Position numbers and translations under genes: made by a program | The notes under the pieces: model-generated | What the model was told of the DNA's origin: nothing | The model's input: the letters and a program-made list of their open reading frames with translations, nothing else | Databases searched by the model: none | Assembly: GCA_019057385.1 (NCBI GenBank) | Contig: JAHQJS010000003.1 | Span: 32,001-96,000, forward strand | Direction of reading: 5' to 3' | DNA from: Candidatus Borrarchaeum weybense | GTDB lineage: Archaea; Asgardarchaeota; Sifarchaeia; Borrarchaeales; Borrarchaeaceae | DNA length: 64,000 bases | Shown: in pieces, positions 1 to 10,033 of the stretch | Layout of the letters: each line of letters opens with the position of its first letter | Position numbering within the stretch: position 1 is the stretch's first letter

Positions 1-184
1 CGTCTATTTTAATCATTTTTATTGGCAACATTTTCCTATCTATAACTTCCAAAAGACATTGTTCCATTTTAGGACAAGGGCCGCATAAGGGGGAGGTAAA
101 AAAGAAAATCTCCAGAAATGAATCGTAGTTATTACTTGAATCATGATTATGGCTTTTGATTTTTTCTTCATGAATGTTAGACAT
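1..184 (-). CDS. Thioredoxin-fold protein with CGPC motif (3' end outside window)
   Basis: Manual translation from ATG 184: MSNIHEEK...LEIFFFTSPLCGPCPKMEQCLLEVIDRKMLPIKMIKID; overlaps the stop of the upstream paralog; not in ORF track. Confidence 0.75.
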   Translation of the reverse strand, partial: MSNIHEEKIKSHNHDSSNNYDSFLEIFFFTSPLCGPCPKMEQCLLEVIDRKMLPIKMIKID

Positions 185-524
185 GACTTACACCACCAAT
201 AGAAGTCATAGATGATTGATGTTTAAATTCTGAAGATGAGTAAAGCTTTACCAACTCGTCTAGCTCTTCTTCACAATTTCCATAGATTTTCATAAAATTT
301 CGGAAAATTAGTGTAGGACATGCTACTATATTATGTTCTTCCGCTGCCTCAGGAGCTCTTAAAACATCTATTTTTGTTACTTTTATAGGCAATTCTCTTT
401 GCTCAATTGCCTTTAGAAGTCGCCTCTCTAGTTTAGGTTGATGACTAGTAGGCGAAGTGAAGAACAGAATTTCTAGATTCGGATCTTGATTATGATTTTC
501 ATACTCTGCTAGATTGTTCGACAT
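177..524 (-). CDS. Thioredoxin/KaiB-like fold protein lacking CxxC
   Basis: LEILFFTSPTSHQP (CxxC replaced), KIDVLRAPEAAEEHNIVACPTLI; paralog of 1..184; start taken at ATG 524. Confidence 0.7.
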   Translation of the reverse strand: MSNNLAEYENHNQDPNLEILFFTSPTSHQPKLERRLLKAIEQRELPIKVTKIDVLRAPEAAEEHNIVACPTLIFRNFMKIYGNCEEELDELVKLYSSSEFKHQSSMTSIGGVSHV

Positions 525-1152
525 TTTTAACCCCACCAAAACTCATTTCTCGGGCGATAACTCGCCGAATTAACTCTTTAAAGACAAAATCCACGTTTTT
601 TCCTGTTTTGGAACTTGTTGGTATGTATTCGTCGATTTCGTTTTGTATACAAAACTCTTTAATAATTTCTTCATCCAAAAGATTTGTATTGTCTGCTTTC
701 GTTCCAACAAGAATTGTTACGGGATTTTCGGTATTCCCCCTGATAAGTTGTAGCCATTCCTTAACACTTAGTAACGTGGAAAAATCTGATAGGTCAAAGG
801 CCAATAACACGCCACTGGCGCCGATACAATAATCCGGCAAAATGAATCTAAATCGTGGCTCGCCTCCAAAATCCCATATTTGAATTTTTATTTTATGCTC
901 CTTGAAATCACAGGCTTGACTGAAAAAGTCTGAACCAACTGTTAAACTCATGCTTTCAATAAAGTCATTTGAGATGTATCTGTTTAGTAAACTTGTTTTA
1001 CCTACTCCCCCGTCACCTGCGACAATTATTTTCATGCGATTATATTCCGTTTTCATTTTCGGACACTCTTCCAAAATAGTTTTCTCACCGTTTTCAATGC
1101 CAACGATGTTTAATGGGTTGTACAAAGACATTGTCGAAACTTTTTTCACCAC
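499..1152 (-). CDS. Rab/Ras-like small GTPase
   Basis: G1 GDGGVGKT, G3 WDFGG, G4 TKAD, G5 SSK; true start may be ATG 1131 or later. Confidence 0.9.
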   Translation of the reverse strand: MVKKVSTMSLYNPLNIVGIENGEKTILEECPKMKTEYNRMKIIVAGDGGVGKTSLLNRYISNDFIESMSLTVGSDFFSQACDFKEHKIKIQIWDFGGEPRFRFILPDYCIGASGVLLAFDLSDFSTLLSVKEWLQLIRGNTENPVTILVGTKADNTNLLDEEIIKEFCIQNEIDEYIPTSSKTGKNVDFVFKELIRRVIAREMSFGGVKNVEQSSRV

Positions 1153-1291
1153 CTAGTCAGAAGGGAACAGGAAAAACATCTTCTTTGTAGAAGAGAAAAC
1201 GCTTTGTGTGATCTCTTTTATTCTCATCTATTTTTTTACTTAAATCATTCATTTCCATCTTGCTATCTCCTTTGATTCGTTCGTTTCCCAG

Positions 1292-1642
1292 TTATGAAGC
1301 GAGGAAAAGTGTTGTAGCATCGGATGTCAAAAGAGCTTTCTCATTTCTTTGCATCAAATCGAGGAGCTTCGTCCTGTCAAGGACTCCTGACAAGAAAGCC
1401 TCTACACCAACGAAAATATCTGCGATTGCTGTCATAAATTGCGAAAACAGTTGATAATCACGCGGTAGTACTTGTTTCGCATCTACGACTTCCCAGAACC
1501 TGTAGATGTATTCTTTTAACGGATTTAAAAGGTTTTTAAGATATATATCTGCATATTTTCCGTCTTCCTTGAAACCAACTTCCACGATTTTTCCAAACAC
1601 GTTTTTAAGCACATCTTGTATATCCCATTCCATGCGCGTCAC
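1292..1642 (-). CDS. Hypothetical protein
   Basis: 116-aa ORF, no recognised motif. Confidence 0.4.
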   Translation of the reverse strand: MTRMEWDIQDVLKNVFGKIVEVGFKEDGKYADIYLKNLLNPLKEYIYRFWEVVDAKQVLPRDYQLFSQFMTAIADIFVGVEAFLSGVLDRTKLLDLMQRNEKALLTSDATTLFLAS

Positions 1643-1925
1643 CCCAGCAAATTTTGATTTTTTGGTTGCCGCGATCGAAATTTTTTTGAAGAAAAAATTT
1701 TTTCATCGCGAAGCCAATCAAAAGAAGAAACGCATCAAACCTTGATAAATTCTGTCCCAATCTTTTGTTTTCTGTGCGGAGAAGATGCGTCTGCAATTCT
1801 TAACATTAATAGGTAATACGGTAATGTTCCCAAAATTGCATATTCATTTTACAAAATCACAAAAAGCCTATGACATGTTTATGAGTTTGGAAAAATTGAG
1901 TAAAAATCATAGAGCGAAAAAACAA

Positions 1926-2888
1926 CTATACCTTTTTCAGCAGATTCATCAACACTCTTGGAATTTCGGAGTGTGAATGAACTTTTGCATAACGTCCTTT
2001 TCCAAATCTTGCCAGATCTTTACATATATGTTCTCCTTTTTTTCTGGCAGAGTTTTGGGAAGGCGACTGGATGACATGAAGTTTTTGGAAACTACGGGCA
2101 AATGGTCTGGGATCTCCTCCTTTATTGTATTCTCCGTCCGTTACAATAATGCCCCATTTTCGTGGATTCTGCCTTTTTTTCTCTAATTCTTTTAGTCCTT
2201 CTTTTAAAGCTGCTTCTATATTGGTGTATCCAGCGGGTTCCATGTCAAGAATTCCTTCAATCAACTCGGAAATTTCAGTATTCGCATCTATTTTTTTGAT
2301 AGTATTTGCGTCATTATTGAAAATAATCACTGAATATTCATCCTTATGCATATGATGCGACAGTACTGCGACTGTAAGACACGCGTTTACCAGCTTTTCA
2401 CCATACATCGACCCTGAGGTATCTAACATCAACACGCCTGTCTTTTTTCGTTCGGTTTTTTCTATGCCTACGATGTCGCTATATTTAAGATGTTCTGAAT
2501 TCTGTTCCAAGAAGCGATCAATAGTTTCTTCCACAGAGAACTCAGACATTCCAGGCACATATATAGTATCCCTCTTTAGATCGCCTCTTAATCCCCGCCC
2601 ACTTATCCGCATAGCGGATTTTATGATAAAATTTCGCGTTAATCTCCGAAAAATCGGGAGATATCCTTGAGAAAATGACTTCTTAAGGAGAAAGAATAAC
2701 TCGGGAATGGCTTCTGAACTCTTCTGAATATTATTGGAAAATAATTCAACACCATCTTTAGAAGATAATGTATCAGCTACAGCTCGTTGACTGCACATTG
2801 AGAGCCCTAGAAGAGCAGAAAGATTCTCATTTTGAATGGCAGTTTCAGCAAGTCGAGAGATCGTGCTATAGGGAAGACCTTCTGCCAA
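1926..2888 (-). CDS. vWA-domain protein (MoxR partner)
   Basis: MIDAS DTSGSM, GYTNI, IIVTDG; frame stays open upstream to ~3083 with no ATG/GTG/TTG. Confidence 0.85.
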   Translation of the reverse strand: MAEGLPYSTISRLAETAIQNENLSALLGLSMCSQRAVADTLSSKDGVELFSNNIQKSSEAIPELFFLLKKSFSQGYLPIFRRLTRNFIIKSAMRISGRGLRGDLKRDTIYVPGMSEFSVEETIDRFLEQNSEHLKYSDIVGIEKTERKKTGVLMLDTSGSMYGEKLVNACLTVAVLSHHMHKDEYSVIIFNNDANTIKKIDANTEISELIEGILDMEPAGYTNIEAALKEGLKELEKKRQNPRKWGIIVTDGEYNKGGDPRPFARSFQKLHVIQSPSQNSARKKGEHICKDLARFGKGRYAKVHSHSEIPRVLMNLLKKV

Positions 2889-3037
2889 CTGAGAATAAGA
2901 TTTTGGAGATTTTTTGGATCCGGCTGCAATTTCAGATTCTAAGATATCTTCTTTTGAGAAATTCCATGATGGAGAAAATTCTTTTTGTGATACATCATCA
3001 AGGACATCTGGTTGAAATGAAAATGTCCTCTCCTGTT

Positions 3038-3886
3038 CTAAAAATCCCCCAATACATATCCTACGATTTCTCGTATAACATCTTCAACCGATTTCTCTAA
3101 TCCATCCTCAAGTTCGATCTTGGTTGCCAACGCCATAATTGCGCTGCTTACCCAATCTTCATACGTTGGGGAGTCATAAAATCGAATAATGTTTGCGAGA
3201 TCAATAGCACCTCTAACTGAGGACCCTCGTCGAAGGTCAGCATAACCTCTTGTAGTACGCACAATTGCGACTACTTTTTTGATGGTATCTTCATCTTCAC
3301 ATTGGGATTGGAGTTTCACAATTCGTCTTTCTTCCTCTTCATCTTGGAAATCTAATTTGACCCATACAAATCGGTCTCTTAGAGCTTCACAAAGAGAAGT
3401 TGTGCCAATAAATTCTTCAGGATTTTGAGTAGCAATTATCTGAAAACCGTTTTCTCCTGTAACTGTTCCAAGTTTGGGAATAATGATTTGCCGTTCATCA
3501 AGAGCAGGTAAAAGCACGTTTTGCGTGCCCTCTGGAAGTCTATTAGCCTCATTAATAAATAAAATTGCGCCAGCCTGCATAGCTTCAGTTAAAGGACCAG
3601 GCACAAAAGAATTCCACGTCCATCCTTCTTTAACAACTAATGGAGGGTCGAATATACCAGTCAATTTCGTTTCTGTAAAACGTTCGTCACCATCGACCCT
3701 CAGGAAGTCTTTGTTAAAATGTGATGCCACAGCTTTTGCTAAAGTTGTTTTTCCAACTCCAACTGACCCTTCAATAAGAGCATGTTGTCCAGCAAGATGA
3801 GCTATGACCACTTTCTTGAGTTCATGCTCTCTTCCAACGATATCATAATTGGTTTGGATCTCTTGGGCTATTTCGTTAACATTCAT
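3038..3886 (-). CDS. MoxR/CoxD-family AAA+ ATPase
   Basis: Walker A GSVGVGKT, Walker B FINEANR, ATQNP, ALRDRF. Confidence 0.9.
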   Translation of the reverse strand: MNVNEIAQEIQTNYDIVGREHELKKVVIAHLAGQHALIEGSVGVGKTTLAKAVASHFNKDFLRVDGDERFTETKLTGIFDPPLVVKEGWTWNSFVPGPLTEAMQAGAILFINEANRLPEGTQNVLLPALDERQIIIPKLGTVTGENGFQIIATQNPEEFIGTTSLCEALRDRFVWVKLDFQDEEEERRIVKLQSQCEDEDTIKKVVAIVRTTRGYADLRRGSSVRGAIDLANIIRFYDSPTYEDWVSSAIMALATKIELEDGLEKSVEDVIREIVGYVLGDF

Positions 3887-4111
3887 TTTTCTATTTCACC
3901 TAAGCTGTATGAAATTCATATTGTCATAAAATTCTTACAATTTTGGTTATTGTAGTCGAGTTCCAAATGTTTGTAACGGAACTGATTAAAAACATTTTGC
4001 ATTATTCGAAAAGCGTTTCTTAGTATCCAATTCTTCCCTGAAAAGAAACGTACCTGATTTAAAATACAAAAGAAACTATCTTATGCCTGTATTTAACAAA
4101 GATTTAATTAA

Positions 4112-4642
4112 CTAAGAAGCTGAAGTACCATTCTCAATTGTGCGTCTTAATTTCAGCAGTTTTTCCTCAAGTGTCGATACTATTTGTTCGTTTTGTTGAT
4201 GGTTTAGCACTCCACCACAAGTTGGACATTTAAATGAATTTTCTACAGCTTGATTGAATGTACAGCGAGGGCAAGTTGGTGTCGAGCATTCAAAAAACAT
4301 GTTCATTTGCTCGTATGAGAGCCGATCTTCAAGTATTTTTAGCACTTGTCTCTTTCGTTTCAGTAACAGTTCTTTTACGCGGTCAGGAACCAATTTCCAA
4401 TAATATACGAACCATCCAGTATTCTGATCTCGCGTTCTCCTATACGCAGCTAACTGATTATCATACAATTTATAGAGGATTTTCCTTACAACGTTTAATC
4501 TGAGTTCAGTTTCTGAAGCAATTTCTTCATCTGTTATTTCTTGTTCTTCAGATAAGATCTCAATTATCTGGAGTGCGTCATTGCCTCCGATCTCTTCTAC
4601 GAAGGTATTAAGTATATCTTGGTGCTTTGTCTCTTGCTGGAT
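4112..4642 (-). CDS. tfe: Transcription factor E alpha subunit (probable ATC start)
   Basis: Extended frame gives winged helix ITDEEIASETELRLNVVRKILYKLYD, GWFVYYW and Zn ribbon FKCPTCGG; AGGAGG 8 nt before ATC 4642. Confidence 0.85.
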   Translation of the reverse strand: MQQETKHQDILNTFVEEIGGNDALQIIEILSEEQEITDEEIASETELRLNVVRKILYKLYDNQLAAYRRTRDQNTGWFVYYWKLVPDRVKELLLKRKRQVLKILEDRLSYEQMNMFFECSTPTCPRCTFNQAVENSFKCPTCGGVLNHQQNEQIVSTLEEKLLKLRRTIENGTSAS

Positions 4643-5204
4643 CTTCGATTCCTCCTAGAAGCGGTAGCTAAACCGCCTTTTTTTCTGGACGTCAATGAAC
4701 GCCATGTAGCTTTCCTTGAAATACCCCCATCTCATAGTATACGATGTTAAAGTTTAAATGTCTTTTATTAGGAGTAATCGCACTATTGTAATGATCTATT
4801 AGGACAATTATGGATTCTCATATCTTTAGTTGTGTGTTAATAACCACGATTTTGGGAGAATAGCAACTTAGATCAAGAAATTCTATGTATCCAGAGTTTT
4901 GCTTAATAGAAAAAATCTGACATAATAGTGGTAAATAGTAAGAAGTTCACAGAAATAAGATCTTATAGCGCGTTCTAGAAAAAAAATTCCGTCAATGCCT
5001 GAAAAGGTAGTCAATCATATTTATTAAAACGCAGGTAGCGACATGTTTCCTTGCAGATAAGAGCAATTTGCTTTTTTCAATTGAACAAATGATCGCTTTT
5101 ATTTCACTACATTTTGATATAGTGATATTTTTTATTATACTGGTTCAATATTCTTTAAAAAACACGATGTTTCTTAAAGTTCAGCGAGTATAACTTTACC
5201 TTTG

Positions 5205-5762
5205 TCAAGAATTGCACTCCATCACGCGTTTACCTCGTGCAGTCGGAATTATTTTTAATTTAGCCCCCTTAAATTGTATACTTCCCCTAACAGCGTTTCC
5301 TTCGAATAATCGATCCAAAAAAATGCAAAGGGCTGCGATTTCAGAATGTGGCTGGTTCGTAACAGCAACATTATACTCCGATATCTGGTAAATCTCTCCG
5401 GGTACCTTTTCTGAACCTACAATGATTAGTTTTTTCTTTGGTGATTGCTTTATCCCTTCGATAACTTCAGGAAGTGGAAGCCCATACATCGTTAAATGAA
5501 TAACCTCTCCTCCCTTAGTTTGCCATCTTTCAATTATATCACTCCATGAGCCCCCCATTTCAACAAAGAATGGTCCTCCGAATCGTTCTACTACTCCCTC
5601 TATATTAACTTTAAGTTCTTTATCAGTTGTATCGAAGAATATCCCATCCGCTCCAAATGCTCTGGCAACAAGCGCGGTATGTGTGCTAACTCGCTTATCA
5701 CGTGCGGGACGATGACCATATCGTAAAATTGCGACTTCTTTCGACAAATTTATCCCTTCCAA
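5205..5762 (-). CDS. trm56: tRNA (cytidine56-2'-O)-methyltransferase
   Basis: LRYGHRPARDKRVSTH, HLTMYG, GSEKVP, NQPHSEIAAL. Confidence 0.92.
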   Translation of the reverse strand: MEGINLSKEVAILRYGHRPARDKRVSTHTALVARAFGADGIFFDTTDKELKVNIEGVVERFGGPFFVEMGGSWSDIIERWQTKGGEVIHLTMYGLPLPEVIEGIKQSPKKKLIIVGSEKVPGEIYQISEYNVAVTNQPHSEIAALCIFLDRLFEGNAVRGSIQFKGAKLKIIPTARGKRVMECNS

Positions 5763-5844
5763 CAGAATATTAGGATCAGTCTAATAATATTTTTAAGTTA
5801 TTCATTCTAAGTTAAACAAATGCAAACAAAAGTGTGAAACCTGG

Positions 5845-7065
5845 ATGACGCCTGTTAGTAAAGGAGAAAGAATATCATTTCCATTACGTAAAATTACTGA
5901 AGGAAGAGTCTCTTTCTATATACCAGATACCGCAGAAAAGGATACAAATTTTGTAAAGACACCTGTTTTTTATAATCCATTAATGGAATTGAATAGGGAC
6001 ATATCACTACTAGCAGTTCAGGTGTTTCAACAAGAAGAAAAACAACGCCAAATTCGGTTCTGTGAACCATTAACAGGTTGTGGAGTCCGAGGTATTCGAA
6101 TTGCATTAGAAATTCCTGATGTTCAACAAATACATCTTAATGATAAAAACAAGTCTGCATACGAACTGACAAGAGAGAATATAAGAGAAAATGAATTGCA
6201 AGATAAAGTTACTGTATCAAACGAAGATGCGAACCTCTTTCTTGATAAGCAAACTTCAAGCGGAAATCGATTTGACGTTATTGATATCGACCCCTTCGGA
6301 TCTCCTGTAACGTTCATTGATTCTTCCGTCCGTGCACTTAGAAAAAAAAATAGTTTATTGTGTGCTACAGCAACTGATATGGCTCCTCTTTGTGGTGTCT
6401 ATCCAAACGTTAGCCTTAGAAAATACGGAGGATACTCCTTAAAGACAAAATATTGCCATGAAATCGCTGTTAGACTATTAGCAGGATGTATTGTAAGGAC
6501 CGCCGCTCGATTTAGCATGGGCACCAAAGTGAGATTCGTCCATAGTACAGATCACTATATTCGAGTTTATGTGGAGACAGATCATGGTGATACAAAAGCA
6601 AATATCTCTTTGCAGGAATTGGGTTATGTGTTACATTGTTTTTCATGTAGTTATAGAGAGCTTGTTAGAGGAATGTCTACTCATCTCGTTCAGTTTTGTC
6701 CTAATTGCAATTCAGTTTTATCAATTGGTGGGCCTTTATTCGCGGGGGAATTATTCGATAAATCGTTTTGTGAAAGAATAAAAAGTGAAGCTGAGAAAAG
6801 AAAGTTTGATGATGCAAAAAAACGTGTTACACGCCTTTTAGATAGGGTTATTGAAGAAGCAGACGGTCCTCCTCTATATTATGATGTTCATTCATTATGC
6901 GACGAATTATCCATTCGAGTTCCAAAAATAGAGCACGTAATGAGCGATTTAGAGAAAAATGGTTTTAAAGTAACAAGAACGCATTTCAAGCCTACTGCGC
7001 TTCGTACTGATGCAGGTGTAGAAGATGTTAAAGGTGTATTAATGAAATGTGTGAAAATCGAATGA
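5845..7065 (+). CDS. trm1: tRNA (guanine26-N2)-dimethyltransferase
   Basis: VFYNP, GCGVRGIR, IDIDPFGSP, TATD, Zn finger, RTHF. Confidence 0.93.
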   Translation: MTPVSKGERISFPLRKITEGRVSFYIPDTAEKDTNFVKTPVFYNPLMELNRDISLLAVQVFQQEEKQRQIRFCEPLTGCGVRGIRIALEIPDVQQIHLNDKNKSAYELTRENIRENELQDKVTVSNEDANLFLDKQTSSGNRFDVIDIDPFGSPVTFIDSSVRALRKKNSLLCATATDMAPLCGVYPNVSLRKYGGYSLKTKYCHEIAVRLLAGCIVRTAARFSMGTKVRFVHSTDHYIRVYVETDHGDTKANISLQELGYVLHCFSCSYRELVRGMSTHLVQFCPNCNSVLSIGGPLFAGELFDKSFCERIKSEAEKRKFDDAKKRVTRLLDRVIEEADGPPLYYDVHSLCDELSIRVPKIEHVMSDLEKNGFKVTRTHFKPTALRTDAGVEDVKGVLMKCVKIE

Positions 7066-7071
7066 GGCCTG

Positions 7072-7995
7072 TCAGTGAAGTAACTTAAGAAGTTCTTCAC
7101 TAATTTCTTTAGCTTTTGAAATATCCTTTGCAAGATCAATAGTATTTCTTAAAGTAAGTGAATCAAAAGTGATTTCCTTAATATCTTCTCGGTTGTCTTG
7201 TACAAGATCTTTTAGAGGGCTTAGTTTTTGATGTGATAGAAAGAAAATCGGAAATAATTTTTGCCCGACTTCAAACCCATTTTGTGTGGCTAATTCTATA
7301 AACCTTTTATCAGCTTCTTTTTGATCCATTTTTTCTTTATTCCAAACAAGACGTGCTATTATAGAGACACGATCACCCGTAGTTTGAAGCCTTGGTTGAA
7401 GCAGTGCCATCTCTGATGATTTGGCGCTTTCTACAAGTTTTCCCCATCTCTCAACATGATAAGGGATGTAAATCACCCAATCTCCTGTAAATTTCAGTTC
7501 TACTTCAATTTGGGGAGTTTGAAAAATTGCGACTCCGCGTGAAAGATTAATTCGCGTTAATCGAAAATTATCTTCTGTTAAAATATTCGCATGTTTTTCA
7601 CATCGAAGGGGAAAATCATGACCCGATGGGATTTTAAAAAAGAAGTGTAGCATAACTGATTGAAACCCCCAGATCACTCTAGAAATTTGAGATGCAGGAG
7701 TCTCTTGAATTTCCAACATTTGTCGTGCATTACAACGTGGGAATGTATGCTGACAATAACGGATATAATTAATACGAAGATCTAGTTTTTGATTTATTTG
7801 TTCTAATTTACTTCGAATTCGTTCGTGGTCCTCAAAAAAAAGATTTCTACACAAACCAACTAGCAAAGAAAGGTCTACAAGATCACTAGATTTGCGTTCA
7901 TAAATAATTATATCGTCTAAGGCTCGCTGATAGAAATCAGAGTATACCTTTGCCTTGACATTCTCAAGAATATTTGGGGTCATAGTAACGACCAA
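7072..7995 (-). CDS. Hypothetical protein
   Basis: 307-aa ORF coupled to rlmE. Confidence 0.6.
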   Translation of the reverse strand: MVVTMTPNILENVKAKVYSDFYQRALDDIIIYERKSSDLVDLSLLVGLCRNLFFEDHERIRSKLEQINQKLDLRINYIRYCQHTFPRCNARQMLEIQETPASQISRVIWGFQSVMLHFFFKIPSGHDFPLRCEKHANILTEDNFRLTRINLSRGVAIFQTPQIEVELKFTGDWVIYIPYHVERWGKLVESAKSSEMALLQPRLQTTGDRVSIIARLVWNKEKMDQKEADKRFIELATQNGFEVGQKLFPIFFLSHQKLSPLKDLVQDNREDIKEITFDSLTLRNTIDLAKDISKAKEISEELLKLLH

Positions 7996-8569
7996 CTACA
8001 TATATTTCAGAACTTCTTTTTCTCGAAGCATCAGGCTTGCTTATCAAGACTTTCTCAAAGATTTTTTTCATTTTATCAATGAACTCTTTAAAAAACTCTC
8101 CTTGAAAAACCTTAACGATGAAGTTACCTCCCCTAATGAGAAAATGGTTACACAGCCCTAATGATATCTCAGCTAGATATATTTGGCGGGCATGATCGAT
8201 CTCCCAGTTTCCGCTTACATTAGGGCTACAATCAGAGGTTATTACATTAAAGCTAGTGTTATATTCTTTAATTTCAGTTATAGTATTTTCGTCCGTGATA
8301 TCACCTAAAATTAACTTCACCTGGGGAATCGGAGTTATAGGCTGTAAATCAACCCCTACAACTATTCCCTCACCCACAAGGTCTTTAATCGCTTTTAGCC
8401 AACCACCTGGAGCGGACCCTAAATCTAAAACACTGTCGCCTTGCTTTATTAACTGGAATTTGTTATTTAACTGAATGATTTTAAAAGCAGCTCTTGAGCG
8501 GAGATTCTCTTTTTTAGCTTTTTTGTAATAAAAATCCTTTTTTCTTTCGTTTAACCACCGTTTACCCAT
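7964..8569 (-). CDS. rlmE: 23S rRNA 2'-O-methyltransferase RlmE/FtsJ
   Basis: RSRAAFK, DLGSAPGGW, KVFQG, SRKRSSEIY. Confidence 0.93.
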   Translation of the reverse strand: MGKRWLNERKKDFYYKKAKKENLRSRAAFKIIQLNNKFQLIKQGDSVLDLGSAPGGWLKAIKDLVGEGIVVGVDLQPITPIPQVKLILGDITDENTITEIKEYNTSFNVITSDCSPNVSGNWEIDHARQIYLAEISLGLCNHFLIRGGNFIVKVFQGEFFKEFIDKMKKIFEKVLISKPDASRKRSSEIYVVGRYYDPKYS

Positions 8570-8647
8570 CTATAAATGCTCCTCAATTAATTCATAGTTT
8601 AATGATAAAAAATACCTCTGTTTATATCCCCTTCCCTTATTGAACAT

Positions 8648-9055
8648 CTATGACGATGCATTATTCAAAGAAGTTTTCGCGAGTTTTAGAAGCCAGTGAT
8701 CCAAACGGACACAAAAAACGGGCGATATTGATTGTAGATCTCCACATCTCGCCAAATCACCGCAAGTGAAACAGGGACATCCCCCAAGAGTATTTTCAGA
8801 TCCAATTTTCGAGGTACTTGAGGTTTTTGCAATAAGTCTGAAGCTCCATCTTCCATCCACAAGTTCCTTTTTTCTGTTAATTAGGCCTTTTTTTTCTAAG
8901 CGTACAGCTAGTCTTGAACCTTCTCGGCTTGTAGTTTCCAGCTTTTTCCAAAGATCAGACTGCAAAATACCTTGCACTCCTGTATTAAGAATGATCTTCA
9001 TTGCATTATCTTCTAAAGTTGTCACTCTTGTCTTTCTCCTAAACTCCAGTATCAT
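8648..9055 (-). CDS. TFE-beta / Rpc34-like wHTH protein with Fe-S motif
   Basis: GILQSDLWKKL...RLEKKGLI plus CPCFTC-x5-C...SPVFC-x2-LDHW. Confidence 0.75.
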   Translation of the reverse strand: MILEFRRKTRVTTLEDNAMKIILNTGVQGILQSDLWKKLETTSREGSRLAVRLEKKGLINRKKELVDGRWSFRLIAKTSSTSKIGSENTLGGCPCFTCGDLARCGDLQSISPVFCVRLDHWLLKLAKTSLNNASS

Positions 9056-9283
9056 TGATTTATTGTATCATTTCATTTCTTGTATTGGTTCAACTGCATA
9101 TATAATGGAGATCTAATTATTCTCAAATATTCTTAAACTCAATTCTATGTAGTATGTAAGTTCTAACATTTAAAGTATTGTTAATTAGGTAATGCGCGGC
9201 ATTTTTTATTCTAAAAAATAAAGGGTTTCATGTGTTTGCCTTGCAGTGATCTGATTTTAATTGATCTTCTAAAAGAAAGTTCT

Positions 9284-9973
9284 TTATAAATCTAGCATAT
9301 TGTTGGCTTCTTCTTTGCTTTTATCCTGGCTTCCCTTCTTCTCTAACAACCTCTTGATATGTCTCATCCTAACAAAAGATTCCCTTTCACGTTCTTCTAG
9401 GTACTGTTCAATGAAATTGATTGTTGTTGCAAGACGCGGGATAATTACATAATTCAAGGCATTAACCCGACGTTTAGTGCTGATAATCTCATCGGCTAAC
9501 CGTTCCATTGTTGCGATGACTTGGGCGTAGTTGCAGATCTTTTCAAGTATCTTCTGGAAAAGGGTCACTGATTCGTCTAGCGTTGTCGGTGTGTCTATAA
9601 ATCCGTAAAAGGGTGTTGTTTCATTACCTTCACGTTTTTTCTCAAGATGTAAAACAGGGACCCGGACTCCCATTAGATTTCTTGTTTCGGCTTCTATTTT
9701 GAACAAAGATGGTGCTATTGCAGAGATTTCTTTGAGCCTCATCGCCCCTAAAACCATTTTGGTTTCTTTTAACGAGGTAAATGCTCTTGAAACCATTTCA
9801 GAGAGTTCTGTTCGTACTGTTTTAACGTCTTCTAGAATCGCAAAGAACTCCATAATAAGGGCATCCATTTTTTCACTCAAAAGTCCGTGACCTTTCACGG
9901 CAAGTGACTGTCTGTCTTTTAAAGACAATAATTCCATTCTTGTGGGTCGGACGCCCGCCATAAGTTCACTCAT
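9284..9973 (-). CDS. atpD: A/V-type ATP synthase subunit D
   Basis: PTRMELL, GHGLL, NLMGVRVP, TKRRVNALNYVIIP. Confidence 0.93.
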   Translation of the reverse strand: MSELMAGVRPTRMELLSLKDRQSLAVKGHGLLSEKMDALIMEFFAILEDVKTVRTELSEMVSRAFTSLKETKMVLGAMRLKEISAIAPSLFKIEAETRNLMGVRVPVLHLEKKREGNETTPFYGFIDTPTTLDESVTLFQKILEKICNYAQVIATMERLADEIISTKRRVNALNYVIIPRLATTINFIEQYLEERERESFVRMRHIKRLLEKKGSQDKSKEEANNMLDL

Positions 9974-10033
9974 TTACTTTTCCTCCGTGATCCTCATATA
10001 AAGGAAAGAATATTAGTAAAGAATATCTTATTC

